Part shown: positions 17,628-26,855 of the stretch, one piece after another
Numbering within the stretch: position 1 is the first letter of the stretch
Layout: every line of letters begins with the position of its first letter
Source of the DNA: Candidatus Iainarchaeum sp.
GTDB lineage: Archaea > Iainarchaeota > Iainarchaeia > Iainarchaeales > 1-14-0-10-31-34
Direction of reading: 5' to 3'
Assembly (NCBI GenBank): GCA_040755695.1
Contig: JBFMAK010000001.1
Coordinates: 384,637 to 448,636 of the forward strand
Length of the DNA stretch: 64,000 bases
Made by a program: the position numbers and the translations under genes
Notes under the pieces: model-generated
The model's input: the letters and a program-made list of their open reading frames with translations, nothing else
What the model was told of the DNA's origin: nothing
Databases searched by the model: none

Positions 17628-18941
17628 ATGAAGGTTCTTTCAATAATTTTGTTTCTGTGTTTCATGCTGGGCCTTGCGGGAGCCATCTCCTCCCAGGAGG
17701 CAAAGGATTTCCTTACAAGCGAAAGCCATTTCCTGGAGGAAGGGCAGAGCATTGAAATCCTGCCCAATTTTCCAGTGCAATACAATAAAGAGAAGTTCTG
17801 GGTTGCAGTCATAATTACAGAAGAGAGCCCTAGCGGCTTCCTTGCAGTGAAATACTCTGCAAAAGAGATTTCGCTTAATAAGACAGCAAACACAGAATTA
17901 TTCAAGACAGTCTATGTTTTAAGGTCACTGAAAGACTACAAGGAAAAAAATTCTGCTGTCTGGGTTTTTGCGAGCTCAAACAAGACCTTCTTCCAGACCC
18001 TCAATTCTGTCACCTCAGGCTCAGGTTCAGTTTATTATACTCTGGGAAACATTTCAGACGAATTAAATACTTCTGATGCCAGAACCCTCACAAACGAAAT
18101 GAGTGCAATCCTCTCCGAGATGAGCTCAAGGGCTTTCACCTTAGAAGAAAAAACAGACGAAATAATCAAGGTAGAAAACGATTTTGTTAATTCAACCAAT
18201 ACAAGCCAAACAAATGCATTGAAAGAAAAATATGATGAATTCTTTCCCTTGCTTGAAGAAATAAACAGCTTAAGGCAGGACTACGAAAACAAGACTGTTG
18301 AGTTAAAGACCTTAATCTCCAAATCAGACAAGACGGCAGGAGAAAAACAGCAGTTGATTGCGCTGGCGAGTTCTCCTCAGGAATTCCAGAAACTTGACTC
18401 AATAGCAAAAAATTCTTCTGACTTGTATCAAGGCATCCAGTCCATTTACGCTAAAGCCATTTCAAATGTCTCGACATGGGTTGACAACGTTGACTCAATG
18501 AAGAAAAGGAATGATGCCTACAACCTGCTTTACTCTGATGACCCTGATTTGTACAAGAAAACAAAAAACTATTTCTCCAAGCTTAACGATTTAGTGAAGT
18601 TTATTCTGGATGAAAACAACAAGCCTTACTGGAAAGAATATGAAAAAATTGACTCAATGCAGTCCAACTGGAATAAGGCAGAATTGAACTTCAAGCAGAA
18701 AAAATACGAGAACGTGCAAACTTATGCCTTGAAGGCAAAGAATGACGCAGTAACCATATTCCAGGGAGGCTTTGTGCAGCAGGGAAGCGACATGCAAAAT
18801 CTGATTATTTACATTGCGGTAGGATTAATTGTACTGCTTGTTGCGCTCATGCTCTTCAAGAACAGGAACAAGCTCTTCCCGTCTCCAACGCAAGCGCAAA
18901 AAGAACAGGAAATAATCCCTTACGGCTGGCAGAAAAGCTGA
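17628..18941 (+). CDS. Exported helical protein with C-terminal membrane anchor
   Basis: Signal peptide, coiled-coil-like middle, C-terminal TM. Confidence 0.75.
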   Translation: MKVLSIILFLCFMLGLAGAISSQEAKDFLTSESHFLEEGQSIEILPNFPVQYNKEKFWVAVIITEESPSGFLAVKYSAKEISLNKTANTELFKTVYVLRSLKDYKEKNSAVWVFASSNKTFFQTLNSVTSGSGSVYYTLGNISDELNTSDARTLTNEMSAILSEMSSRAFTLEEKTDEIIKVENDFVNSTNTSQTNALKEKYDEFFPLLEEINSLRQDYENKTVELKTLISKSDKTAGEKQQLIALASSPQEFQKLDSIAKNSSDLYQGIQSIYAKAISNVSTWVDNVDSMKKRNDAYNLLYSDDPDLYKKTKNYFSKLNDLVKFILDENNKPYWKEYEKIDSMQSNWNKAELNFKQKKYENVQTYALKAKNDAVTIFQGGFVQQGSDMQNLIIYIAVGLIVLLVALMLFKNRNKLFPSPTQAQKEQEIIPYGWQKS

Positions 18942-18958
18942 GAATTAGAATCTTTAAT

Positions 18959-20101
18959 TCACGAGTAGATTTCTATTATGTCCCTGTCTTTAAGAACATA
19001 GTCTTTGCTGACCCTCTGGCCTGAGAATTTGCTTGAGCCCCATAATTTCACATACCTTAAATTCTGGGCGAGCTCTTTGTGCAACCTTTTCGCGACAACT
19101 TCAACAGTAGAATTTTTTTCCAGTACCAAAGGGTCCTTGAAGTCTGCTGGCTGCCCAGGCTTTTTTGTGAAAACAATTATTTTGTCTAAAAGCAGGAAAA
19201 TCTTTTCTTTTAATTTGCCTAATTCTTTTTCGTTGAAGAAAAGGAAATCAATTTTTTTTCCCTCCAGGTCAAGCAATTGCAATGGCTTTTCTTTTTCTGC
19301 TTTAGAGATTACTGCAAGAAGCTTCTTGTACACGTTCCTTGAATCCAGAACCTCAGCAACTTTCTTTAAATCAGCCCCTTCCCCTAAGGAAATGCTTGCA
19401 TTGGCATAGCCTGCATCTCTGAGAAATAACTTTAATTGCTCTTTAGGAACTCTAAGGAAGTTTTCTCCTGAAATGCTCAAGCCAAAGAATTCCGAGTGCT
19501 TCACCTCAATCAATGGTCTTTCCCTGTTCACTTTAATGAAGGCTTTGTCCAATTCACTGAGAAGCAAATTCAATTGCTCTAATGCATTCCTTTCTTCTAA
19601 AACAAAGACAATTGCGTCAGCATTCCTTACAGCAGAAAGGATAAGGTTTCCATTGGCTTTTCCTTCAGAAGAGCCTTCAACCAATGCAGGCATTTCAACT
19701 AATTGAACTCTTGCGCCAGAGAAATCCATTACCCCAACCTGAGGCTCTTTTGTGGTGAAAGCATAAGGTGCAATTTCAACCTGAACATTAGTGAGCTTGT
19801 TCAAAAGAAAGCTTTTACCTGAATTCGGGACTCCAAGCAGTGCAACCTGGCCTGCACCCTCTTTTTTTACGTTGAAAGAAATTCCCGATCCTTTCTTTGC
19901 TTTTACGCGCTGCTGCTTTTCAATGTCCTTTTTTGTGAGGGCAATCTTCTTGCTTATTTCAGCCCTTAATTTTTCTCCGCCTTTATGGGAGGGAGCAAAA
20001 GAACGCATCTCCTGTAGTGCAGCTAACTTCTCTAATGGGCTTCTTGCCTCCTCGAATTTCCTTTTGGCTCTCTCGAATTCAACTGAAACATTTGCAGGCA
20101 T
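18959..20101 (-). CDS. DRG/OBG-family GTPase with TGS domain
   Basis: MPAN N-terminus, GVPNSGKS, YAFTT and TGS-like C-terminus; G3/G4 motifs look degenerate. Confidence 0.9.
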   Translation of the reverse strand: MPANVSVEFERAKRKFEEARSPLEKLAALQEMRSFAPSHKGGEKLRAEISKKIALTKKDIEKQQRVKAKKGSGISFNVKKEGAGQVALLGVPNSGKSFLLNKLTNVQVEIAPYAFTTKEPQVGVMDFSGARVQLVEMPALVEGSSEGKANGNLILSAVRNADAIVFVLEERNALEQLNLLLSELDKAFIKVNRERPLIEVKHSEFFGLSISGENFLRVPKEQLKLFLRDAGYANASISLGEGADLKKVAEVLDSRNVYKKLLAVISKAEKEKPLQLLDLEGKKIDFLFFNEKELGKLKEKIFLLLDKIIVFTKKPGQPADFKDPLVLEKNSTVEVVAKRLHKELAQNLRYVKLWGSSKFSGQRVSKDYVLKDRDIIEIYS

Positions 20102-20108
20102 AAGAAAA

Positions 20109-21161
20109 CTAATTAAAGGAAGGAGTTAAAATTTTTCCCTTGCAGTAACGCATTCTGCTACTACAGGAATCAGGCAGGCCTGCATAATAAAACATTGAAG
20201 GCATCAGGTCAAAGGTGTTTGCACTTGTTTCAATTGCCCCAAAATCTTTTCCGTCGTAAATAATTAAGGGGATATCCATTACTTCAGGACTCAAAGAATA
20301 AGGGGGCTCTGCATGATGACCTTTGCATTCAGGGCACTCAAAAGCCATTCCGTGGTCTGCAGTAAAAGCAGCAACCAATCCATTTGAATCAAGGACTGTT
20401 TGGATTAACTGGCCTGAATCCTTGTCCAAAATGGAAATGCATTGAGTGAAGGCAGTTTCATTGAAGTCATGGCCACAGAAATCGTTTCCCTTAATATTGC
20501 TGAACAAAAGAAACTTTCTTCCATTTAATTCTTCCTCAAAAAATTTTATCAGGGCATTATCAACATCAATAATATATTTAGAGTAAAAAGCATATTTTTG
20601 AATTCCGCTTTCGCTCCTGTATTCTCCTGTTTTATTCTCCCATCCCTCAAAGAAATCCTTCAACAGGCTTGTGTCTTCATTGAATGAATTTACTTCAATT
20701 CGGAAATCAAAAAAGCCTGAATCATAGAAAGCAATGTCGAATTCGCTTCTTGCCTGCTTGAAGTCTCCTGCCTCTGAAGCCATGACGCACAGCATTCCGT
20801 GCAGTCTGGCGTAATCGCACAAGCTTGTCATCCCTGCATTGTCAACGCAGTTTTGGGCTTTCCCTGCATTCCCGCAGTCGCCTGCAATGTACATGATAGA
20901 ATGGCTTTCTGTGGTTGAAGGGATTACTGGATGAAAGGATTCTGCAGTCAAAGATTTTTCTGATAATTTTTCCAAGTTTGGTGTAATAGATTTTGTGATT
21001 TTGGATGCTGGGGTTCCGTCCAAGACAAAGACTGCAATGCTTTTCTGCGCTGGAATTCCATTGTAAGAGTTCTGTGAAACTGATGGAATCAAAATCCAGA
21101 GAACAAAAAAAATTAGAACAAAAAAAATCAGTACTGAAACAAAAATTCTGCTTAATTTCAT
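20109..21161 (-). CDS. Alkaline phosphatase superfamily protein, membrane anchored
   Basis: VFVLDG, PSTTESH, D.CGH, TADHGM, GHH, IPLII. Confidence 0.75.
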   Translation of the reverse strand: MKLSRIFVSVLIFFVLIFFVLWILIPSVSQNSYNGIPAQKSIAVFVLDGTPASKITKSITPNLEKLSEKSLTAESFHPVIPSTTESHSIMYIAGDCGNAGKAQNCVDNAGMTSLCDYARLHGMLCVMASEAGDFKQARSEFDIAFYDSGFFDFRIEVNSFNEDTSLLKDFFEGWENKTGEYRSESGIQKYAFYSKYIIDVDNALIKFFEEELNGRKFLLFSNIKGNDFCGHDFNETAFTQCISILDKDSGQLIQTVLDSNGLVAAFTADHGMAFECPECKGHHAEPPYSLSPEVMDIPLIIYDGKDFGAIETSANTFDLMPSMFYYAGLPDSCSSRMRYCKGKILTPSFN

Positions 21162-21167
21162 TCAAAA

Positions 21168-22184
21168 TCATTCTTGCTTGCAGGCGTCAAGGCCTGGGTG
21201 CAACATGCATATTGCAGTTTTAAGGTTTTCATATCCAACCAACACATACTTGCAGTCAATTACAAAGGCTGGAGCATACTCCAGCCAGTAAGATTCTGCT
21301 ACCTTGTTGTCTTCTTCTATAATGCTTAAAGTATTGGCATCATCCAGGCATTGCTCGAAAGCTGCCTGCTGGTCAAAAGTAAGCTGGAGGCCTAAGCCTC
21401 CTTGCACGAAAGTCCACCTGTCATCAAACAAATTCATCTTGTTTGCATCAATATTGCCATTGGCGTCAGAGAAAATTTGCTTGTACAAGTATTGCTGGTA
21501 ATCATTGAATTCTAATTGGCCTTGAAGCCTAACGCACTCTGCTGCAATTTGTGCATACAGGGAGTACTGCCCCATTAAACTGAAGTTCTTGAATTTGTAC
21601 TGCAATTGTGGAGTGAATTTTCTTTTTAATTGGTCTACTGCGTCCAATGACTTCCAGCAGGGATAACAGTAATAGTCTGCGAACTCTTCCACTTTCACTT
21701 TATTTTGGTCTGCACTGCATTTTGCTTCAAAGAACATCAAGTTTTTTGGCTTGCTGTCCAAGTAGCTTTCAGGCACAACGTAAAAACCATTCACTAAAGC
21801 ATAGTTCTGCCTCATTAAAGGGCTTATTGCCGCATAGCTCCTTATTGTTTTTTCTTCTACTAATGCAGAAGGAACCATGAATAAATTGAAGTCTGAAATA
21901 TAATGCTTGTTCTCCTCTTTTGAGAGGTCAATCAATTCTTCTTCAAAGTCAACCTTTTTTACAGTGAAGGACCTTTTAATTGAATTCTCTGTGTCGCAGA
22001 AAGGGCATTCAGAAGCATAAAAGAGAATCAATTTCACTTTAGGCAAAGGCTCAATTACTGGCCCTGTTTGAGAGTTCTCATTCATAAGTGAAATAAGCTT
22101 GAATCCTGCAAAACCTAAAGCAATGCCTAATATGACAATCAGCGCAATTACATATGGAGGGAAACCAAGCTTTTTTTTTGCCAT
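21168..22184 (-). CDS. Thioredoxin/DsbA-fold protein with two CxxC domains
   Basis: CPFC and EFADYYCYPC motifs; N-terminal TM. Confidence 0.8.
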   Translation of the reverse strand: MAKKKLGFPPYVIALIVILGIALGFAGFKLISLMNENSQTGPVIEPLPKVKLILFYASECPFCDTENSIKRSFTVKKVDFEEELIDLSKEENKHYISDFNLFMVPSALVEEKTIRSYAAISPLMRQNYALVNGFYVVPESYLDSKPKNLMFFEAKCSADQNKVKVEEFADYYCYPCWKSLDAVDQLKRKFTPQLQYKFKNFSLMGQYSLYAQIAAECVRLQGQLEFNDYQQYLYKQIFSDANGNIDANKMNLFDDRWTFVQGGLGLQLTFDQQAAFEQCLDDANTLSIIEEDNKVAESYWLEYAPAFVIDCKYVLVGYENLKTAICMLHPGLDACKQE

Positions 22185-22287
22185 TCATGCCACCGTTCAT
22201 TAATTAAGATTTTTGCCTCAAAATGGTTTAAAAACCTTTTCGGTTTTTAAATTTTTAAAAAATAAAATATTTTTTAAATTGATTTAA

Positions 22288-23031
22288 ATGCTTATTGACG
22301 CTCACTGCCATTTATACGAATTTTCTGATGCAGAAAAAATAATAAAGGAAGCTGAATTGAAAGGCGTCAAACTAATTATATCTAATTCAGTTGACTTGAA
22401 TTCAATGAAAAAGAATCTGGAACTCCAGAAAAGCTTTCCTTCAGTGAAAGCATGCCTTGGCCTGCATCCCTCAAACATTCTGGGAATGAAAGAAAAAGAA
22501 ATAGAGGAATCAGTCCAATTCATTGAAGGCCATGCAAGAGAATGCATTGGAATAGGAGAAACAGGCCTTGACTTCAAGCACGCAACAACAAGAGAACAGA
22601 AAGAATTCCAGAAAAAAGTTTTTGGTGAAATGCTTTCAATTGCACAGAAAGAGGGGAAGGCAGTTGAAGTGCATTCAAGGGAAGCACAAAATGAAGCAAT
22701 TGAAATGCTGAAGGAAAGAAAACAGGAGAAAGTCTTGTTGCACTGGCTTTCAGGCGGAAAAGAAGTATTCGAAAAGGCAATTGAATGCAATTACTTCATT
22801 TCTTTTGGCCCCAGCGTGCTCTACTATTCTTCAACCCAAAAGATGGCAGGGCTTACGCCATTAGAATTAATATTGCTTGAAACAGATGCACCAGTAGAAT
22901 TCAATGGAATTAAAGCAGAGCCTTCAGTGGTGAAAAAAGTTGCAGTAAAGATTGCAGAAATAAAAGGGCTTTCCTTTGAAGAGGTTGAAAGGGCAACATA
23001 TTTAAATGCAAGGAAGCTTTTCAATTTATAA
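22288..23031 (+). CDS. tatD: TatD family DNase
   Basis: IDAHCHL, GLHP, IGETGLD, VHSR, LLETDAP. Confidence 0.93.
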   Translation: MLIDAHCHLYEFSDAEKIIKEAELKGVKLIISNSVDLNSMKKNLELQKSFPSVKACLGLHPSNILGMKEKEIEESVQFIEGHARECIGIGETGLDFKHATTREQKEFQKKVFGEMLSIAQKEGKAVEVHSREAQNEAIEMLKERKQEKVLLHWLSGGKEVFEKAIECNYFISFGPSVLYYSSTQKMAGLTPLELILLETDAPVEFNGIKAEPSVVKKVAVKIAEIKGLSFEEVERATYLNARKLFNL

Positions 23032-23067
23032 ATTTTTTTAAACATAATTTAGTGTGGTGGAAGGAAA

Positions 23068-23601
23068 ATGGTTGCAGTTGAATTAATTGTATTGGTAGTA
23101 GGCCTTGCAGTAGGCAACGGCCTTCTTTTCTTTACTCAGCCAAAAGGCTACAGCTTCAAGGAACTAGAAAAGATAAGAGCTCAAATAAACGAGGACTCAA
23201 TGATGAGAAATGGAATCCAGAAAAGCAGTTTATACTACGATGATGTTTATGCCCTTCAATCCAGCGTCAGGGCAGCAGGCCATAAAATTGAAATGGCGCA
23301 CAGCAGGCTTGGGGAAGTAGAGAAAGCATTAAAGAACTTGAATTACGGAATGATGGAATTAAGCAAGAAAATTGAAGCAAAAGAAAAAGAGCTGAAGATC
23401 CCTTACGAAATAGAAGAGAAAATAAAGAGATTAGACGAATTCAGGAGAGATACAAGAATTGAGATACAGGCATTAAAAGATGCATTGGAAGAAATAAAGC
23501 CTAAAAGCAAAGGACAGCAGGAAAAAAAGAAGAAAGAAAAAAAAGAATTAAGGAAGTTAAACAAAAGAATCCACGAGATAGTCTTCCACAAGGGAAGCTG
23601 A
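23068..23601 (+). CDS. Membrane-anchored coiled-coil protein
   Basis: N-terminal TM followed by heptad-rich sequence. Confidence 0.65.
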   Translation: MVAVELIVLVVGLAVGNGLLFFTQPKGYSFKELEKIRAQINEDSMMRNGIQKSSLYYDDVYALQSSVRAAGHKIEMAHSRLGEVEKALKNLNYGMMELSKKIEAKEKELKIPYEIEEKIKRLDEFRRDTRIEIQALKDALEEIKPKSKGQQEKKKKEKKELRKLNKRIHEIVFHKGS

Positions 23602-23632
23602 AGTTTTTATTTTTAGGGAAAAAGATAAAAAA

Positions 23633-25087
23633 ATGAAAAAGAAATTATTAGGTTTGGTTACTGTTGCAATTATTTTGTTGTTCTTTTCCTCTAAGTTTTA
23701 TGCACTTCTTGATTCAACTGAATCAGAGTTTATAGAATCATTCAAATGTGGCGATGCAAATGGCGATGGCGTGGTGTCAGTAACAGATATTGTTTGGCTG
23801 GTAAATTTTTTGTTTAAGGGCGGCACTGCCCCAGTGGATATGGATGGAGCAGATGCAAATAATGATGGAAAGGTGTCAGTAACAGATATTGTTTGGCTGG
23901 TAAATTTTTTGTTTAAGGGAGGTCCAACCCCAAACTGTGGTCCTGAGCCCCAGCCTAAAATAATTAGTCCTTCAAATTATGAAATAATTGGTGGTCCTGC
24001 TCTGGTTTCTGTGATAGATGACTCAAATCTTTCTCCTTCAAAAATAAAAAAAATGAAGTTAGAATATTCTTATGATAATGTTAATTGGACTTAAATAGCA
24101 GAGTATGGTGCCGCAGGAAGCAGTGCCTGGGATACAATATTTGATACTTCAATTATATCTTCTGGTCCTCTTTATGTTAAGACAACAGAATACTCTTATT
24201 CTGGAACAGTGTCCAATACCGTTCAAGTGACAGTAAACAAACTGCCAGTAGCTCACGCTACAACAATGTACAACCCTTATAATAATGAATGGTTTTTTGA
24301 CGCAGGCACTTCATATGATTCTGACGGCTCAATTACAGGCTATGAATGGGATTTTGGCGACGGCAATACAGGCACTGGGTCAATAGCATCACACAAGTAT
24401 TCTCCGCCCGGATTTTATAATGCGAGTTTGACTGTTACTGATGATTTGGGTTTTAATGGAACTTATTTTTTTGTTCCGGGCTACGATGCTAACTGCGGCT
24501 GCAAGAAAATGACAATAAGAAGCACAGGAGAATTTGACAGAAATGATTACAAGTTAGAAAAAACACTTATAAAGAATAATATTTCGTCAGACTATAATAA
24601 GCTTGGTGGCTTTGATGACATTAATTGGCTTGATTCAAAAAAAATATTTTTTATTGGAACCTTTTTTGAGGTTCAAGCAGAACTAACTGATAATACAACT
24701 GACCCAAAGCTCTGCGATGAACGGCAGAAAACAAAAGCTACACGTCATTACAAAAACAAAGACTTTAACTACGAGTTTTTGGGCGTAAAGTGTGGTTTCC
24801 TTTCACCTAATTGGTGTAATGACGATTACATGGAAAAAAATGACACTTACAAGAAAAAGCATTATCCAAAATTAATTAAATGGATTGACGCCCCAGGCAC
24901 TAGATTAAGGAAGGGCGACATGAATGTTGATGGATATACCCACAAATCAAAATTCTGGGCTGTAGTAGAAGGGTCAGCAGGAAAATGCGAGTGCTTTTTT
25001 GAACAAGAAGCAATTTATAATGTAAACGGAATCAAAATCTCAAATACAATAAAAAATTTCAATGGAACAAATTGTTTTGCAGGCTAA
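23633..25087 (+). pseudogene. Dockerin + PKD domain surface protein interrupted by one in-frame TAA (24092-24094)
   Basis: Dockerin repeats GDANGDG.VSVTDIVWLVNFLF; the frame stays open after the TAA into the PKD domain (FDAGTSYDSDG..YEWDFGDG). Confidence 0.82.
23773..23919 (+). repeat. Two identical 48-nt direct repeats (dockerin halves), period 99 nt
   Basis: ggtgtcagtaacagatattgtttggctggtaaattttttgtttaaggg at 23773-23820 and 23872-23919. Confidence 0.9.
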
Positions 25088-25127
25088 AAAAATAATTTAT
25101 TAATTTGATCGAATCACTTTTTTTCTT

Positions 25128-25649
25128 ATGAAGACTTATTCAATGAAAGTGCCGTGCCCTGTCTGTTCTGGAAATGCCTTGATGACTTATTCTTTTCATT
25201 CAGTCCCCCATTACGGTAAAACCCTGTTCTCTAATCTGCACTGCAGGAAATGCAACTTCAATTTGAATGACGTGCAAAGCGCTCAAGCAAGAAAGCCTGC
25301 GAAATATGAAATAAAGATTGATTCAAAAAAAGATTTAAGGACAAAAATTGTGAGGTCAAGCTCTTCCCTTCTTAAAATAAAAGAATTGGGCATTGAAGTA
25401 AAGCCAGGGCCTTACAGCGAAGGCTATATCACCAACATTGAAGGCGTCCTTGAAAGAGTGCAGGAAGCCTTATCCTCCCTTGCAGGCCTTGAAGGCCAGA
25501 AAACCCAGAAACAAAAAGTAAACAAAATGCTCGAAAAAATAAGCAAAGCCAAAAACGCAGAAATAAAATTCACAGTAGAATTAATTGACCTTCAGGGCAA
25601 CGGAGCCATACCCGGAAAAAAAGCAGTAAAAAAAGAATTAAAGAAATAA
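25128..25649 (+). CDS. ZPR1 zinc-finger protein
   Basis: CPVC...CRKC, VRSSS, ELGIEVKPG, ITNIEGVL. Confidence 0.9.
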   Translation: MKTYSMKVPCPVCSGNALMTYSFHSVPHYGKTLFSNLHCRKCNFNLNDVQSAQARKPAKYEIKIDSKKDLRTKIVRSSSSLLKIKELGIEVKPGPYSEGYITNIEGVLERVQEALSSLAGLEGQKTQKQKVNKMLEKISKAKNAEIKFTVELIDLQGNGAIPGKKAVKKELKK

Positions 25650-25650
25650 T

Positions 25651-26337
25651 TTATTTCTCTTTCACGTTCCAGCTCTTCCTGTGCTCTCTGTCTTTGGATT
25701 CTTCTCGGGCCAGCTTTGCAATAACGCTTGCAGCGCCTATTACTGGCTCTAAGTCGTCGCCTTTCACTATGAATTCAACGTGCTTTAATGTCCCATTCAG
25801 TCTGCTGCCGTCAGCCTTAACCTTTGCCTTTACCCCTAATTCATCAAAGAGCAGTACAAGATTGTTTATTATTCTGACTTCAATTTCATTCAAGTTCAGT
25901 CCATTATTCCTTAACTGGTCTATGAGCCGGGAATTCAAAGAAACAGTTGCTACTGCAAGGGCGTTCCCTGAAACAATTTCAGCTTTCTCTTTTAGGTTGC
26001 CTGTCTTCTTGCTGTCCCTCAACTCTCTTAACTTATTGCTGTCGCCCAAAACAAAGCTTACAACAAAAGAGCCAAAGCTTTCCCCTCTTCCAGCCTCATC
26101 AATGCCTAAAACCAGTTCTTCTTCCAAACCCATCCTCTGCAAGATTTCCTCAGTGACCTTCTTGCAGTCATTGCCCTGTACTACAAGCTTTCCTGAAGAG
26201 TACAAGGTTACAGTGCAATTGCCTGCCTTGCACCTCAATTCCTCGAAGGCATTCTTTGTCTCCACCTGAGGGAATTCCCTGAGGATTTCAATCAATTGCC
26301 TTTTCTGCTTTGAACCAAAGTTAAGAACCTTCTCCAT
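25651..26337 (-). CDS. Type 2 ribonuclease H with RNase HIII-like N-terminal domain
   Basis: VTLYSSGKLVVQG N-domain; GIDEAGRGE, RDSKK, KGD...IGAASVIAK. Confidence 0.8.
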   Translation of the reverse strand: MEKVLNFGSKQKRQLIEILREFPQVETKNAFEELRCKAGNCTVTLYSSGKLVVQGNDCKKVTEEILQRMGLEEELVLGIDEAGRGESFGSFVVSFVLGDSNKLRELRDSKKTGNLKEKAEIVSGNALAVATVSLNSRLIDQLRNNGLNLNEIEVRIINNLVLLFDELGVKAKVKADGSRLNGTLKHVEFIVKGDDLEPVIGAASVIAKLAREESKDREHRKSWNVKEK

Positions 26338-26364
26338 ATCAGAACCTGCGGTTCCGATACCTCC
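26338..26364 (-). repeat. REP-like hairpin repeat, copy 3, abutting the RNase H start codon
   Basis: GGAGGT-ATCGGAACC-GCA-GGTTCTGAT-ATG; partial copy at 26390-26403 (-). Confidence 0.8.
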
Positions 26365-26480
26365 CTTAATTTTATTTTATGGGAAGTATGGTTCCGAGCC
26401 TCCTTTTTCCATTTTAATAGCATATTTATTATTAAAGAAAATGGTTATATATTGTACTGAAAAAAAAATTAATTCTTTAG

Positions 26481-26663
26481 GTGGAGGAAAAAATTTTTAT
26501 GACGAACTGCAAGATATGCTCTGTAACCTTTAAAGACAATCCTGACAAGATAGTGCTCTGCGAAAACTACAAGGGGGCAGTCCATTTAGGCTGCTGCTGC
26601 GACAGGTGCAGCTGGGACCGCAAGCCCTGCTACCATGCATTAGGGGTCTACAAGAAAGAATAA
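26481..26663 (+). CDS. Small Cys-rich putative zinc-binding protein (likely start 26499)
   Basis: CKIC...C...HLGCC..CS..PC.H. Confidence 0.65.
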   Translation: MEEKIFMTNCKICSVTFKDNPDKIVLCENYKGAVHLGCCCDRCSWDRKPCYHALGVYKKE

Positions 26664-26690
26664 AAGCAATCAAAGGGAAACCAGGAAACT

Positions 26691-26834
26691 ATGGAGCAAA
26701 AAGCGCAAGGCGCATTAGAATACCTGCTTTTATTAGGCTCTGCAGTGCTCATAGCAGCAGTTGTTGTAGTAGTATTAACGCAATTGACTGACTTAACAAA
26801 AGGCAAGGCACAAAACCCCTCCCAAACGCACTAA
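26691..26834 (+). CDS. Class III signal peptide (type IV pilin-like) small protein, 47 aa
   Basis: Manual translation MEQKAQGALEYLLLLGSAVLIAAVVVVVLTQLTDLTKGKAQNPSQTH; KA/QGALE prepilin-type motif. Not in the ORF track. Confidence 0.85.
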   Translation: MEQKAQGALEYLLLLGSAVLIAAVVVVVLTQLTDLTKGKAQNPSQTH

Positions 26835-26855
26835 ACCCTTAATTTAATTCTTGAT

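Noticed and set aside
26606..26791. 61 aa ORF from the track
   Set aside because: Overlaps the better-supported pilin-like ORF in another frame.
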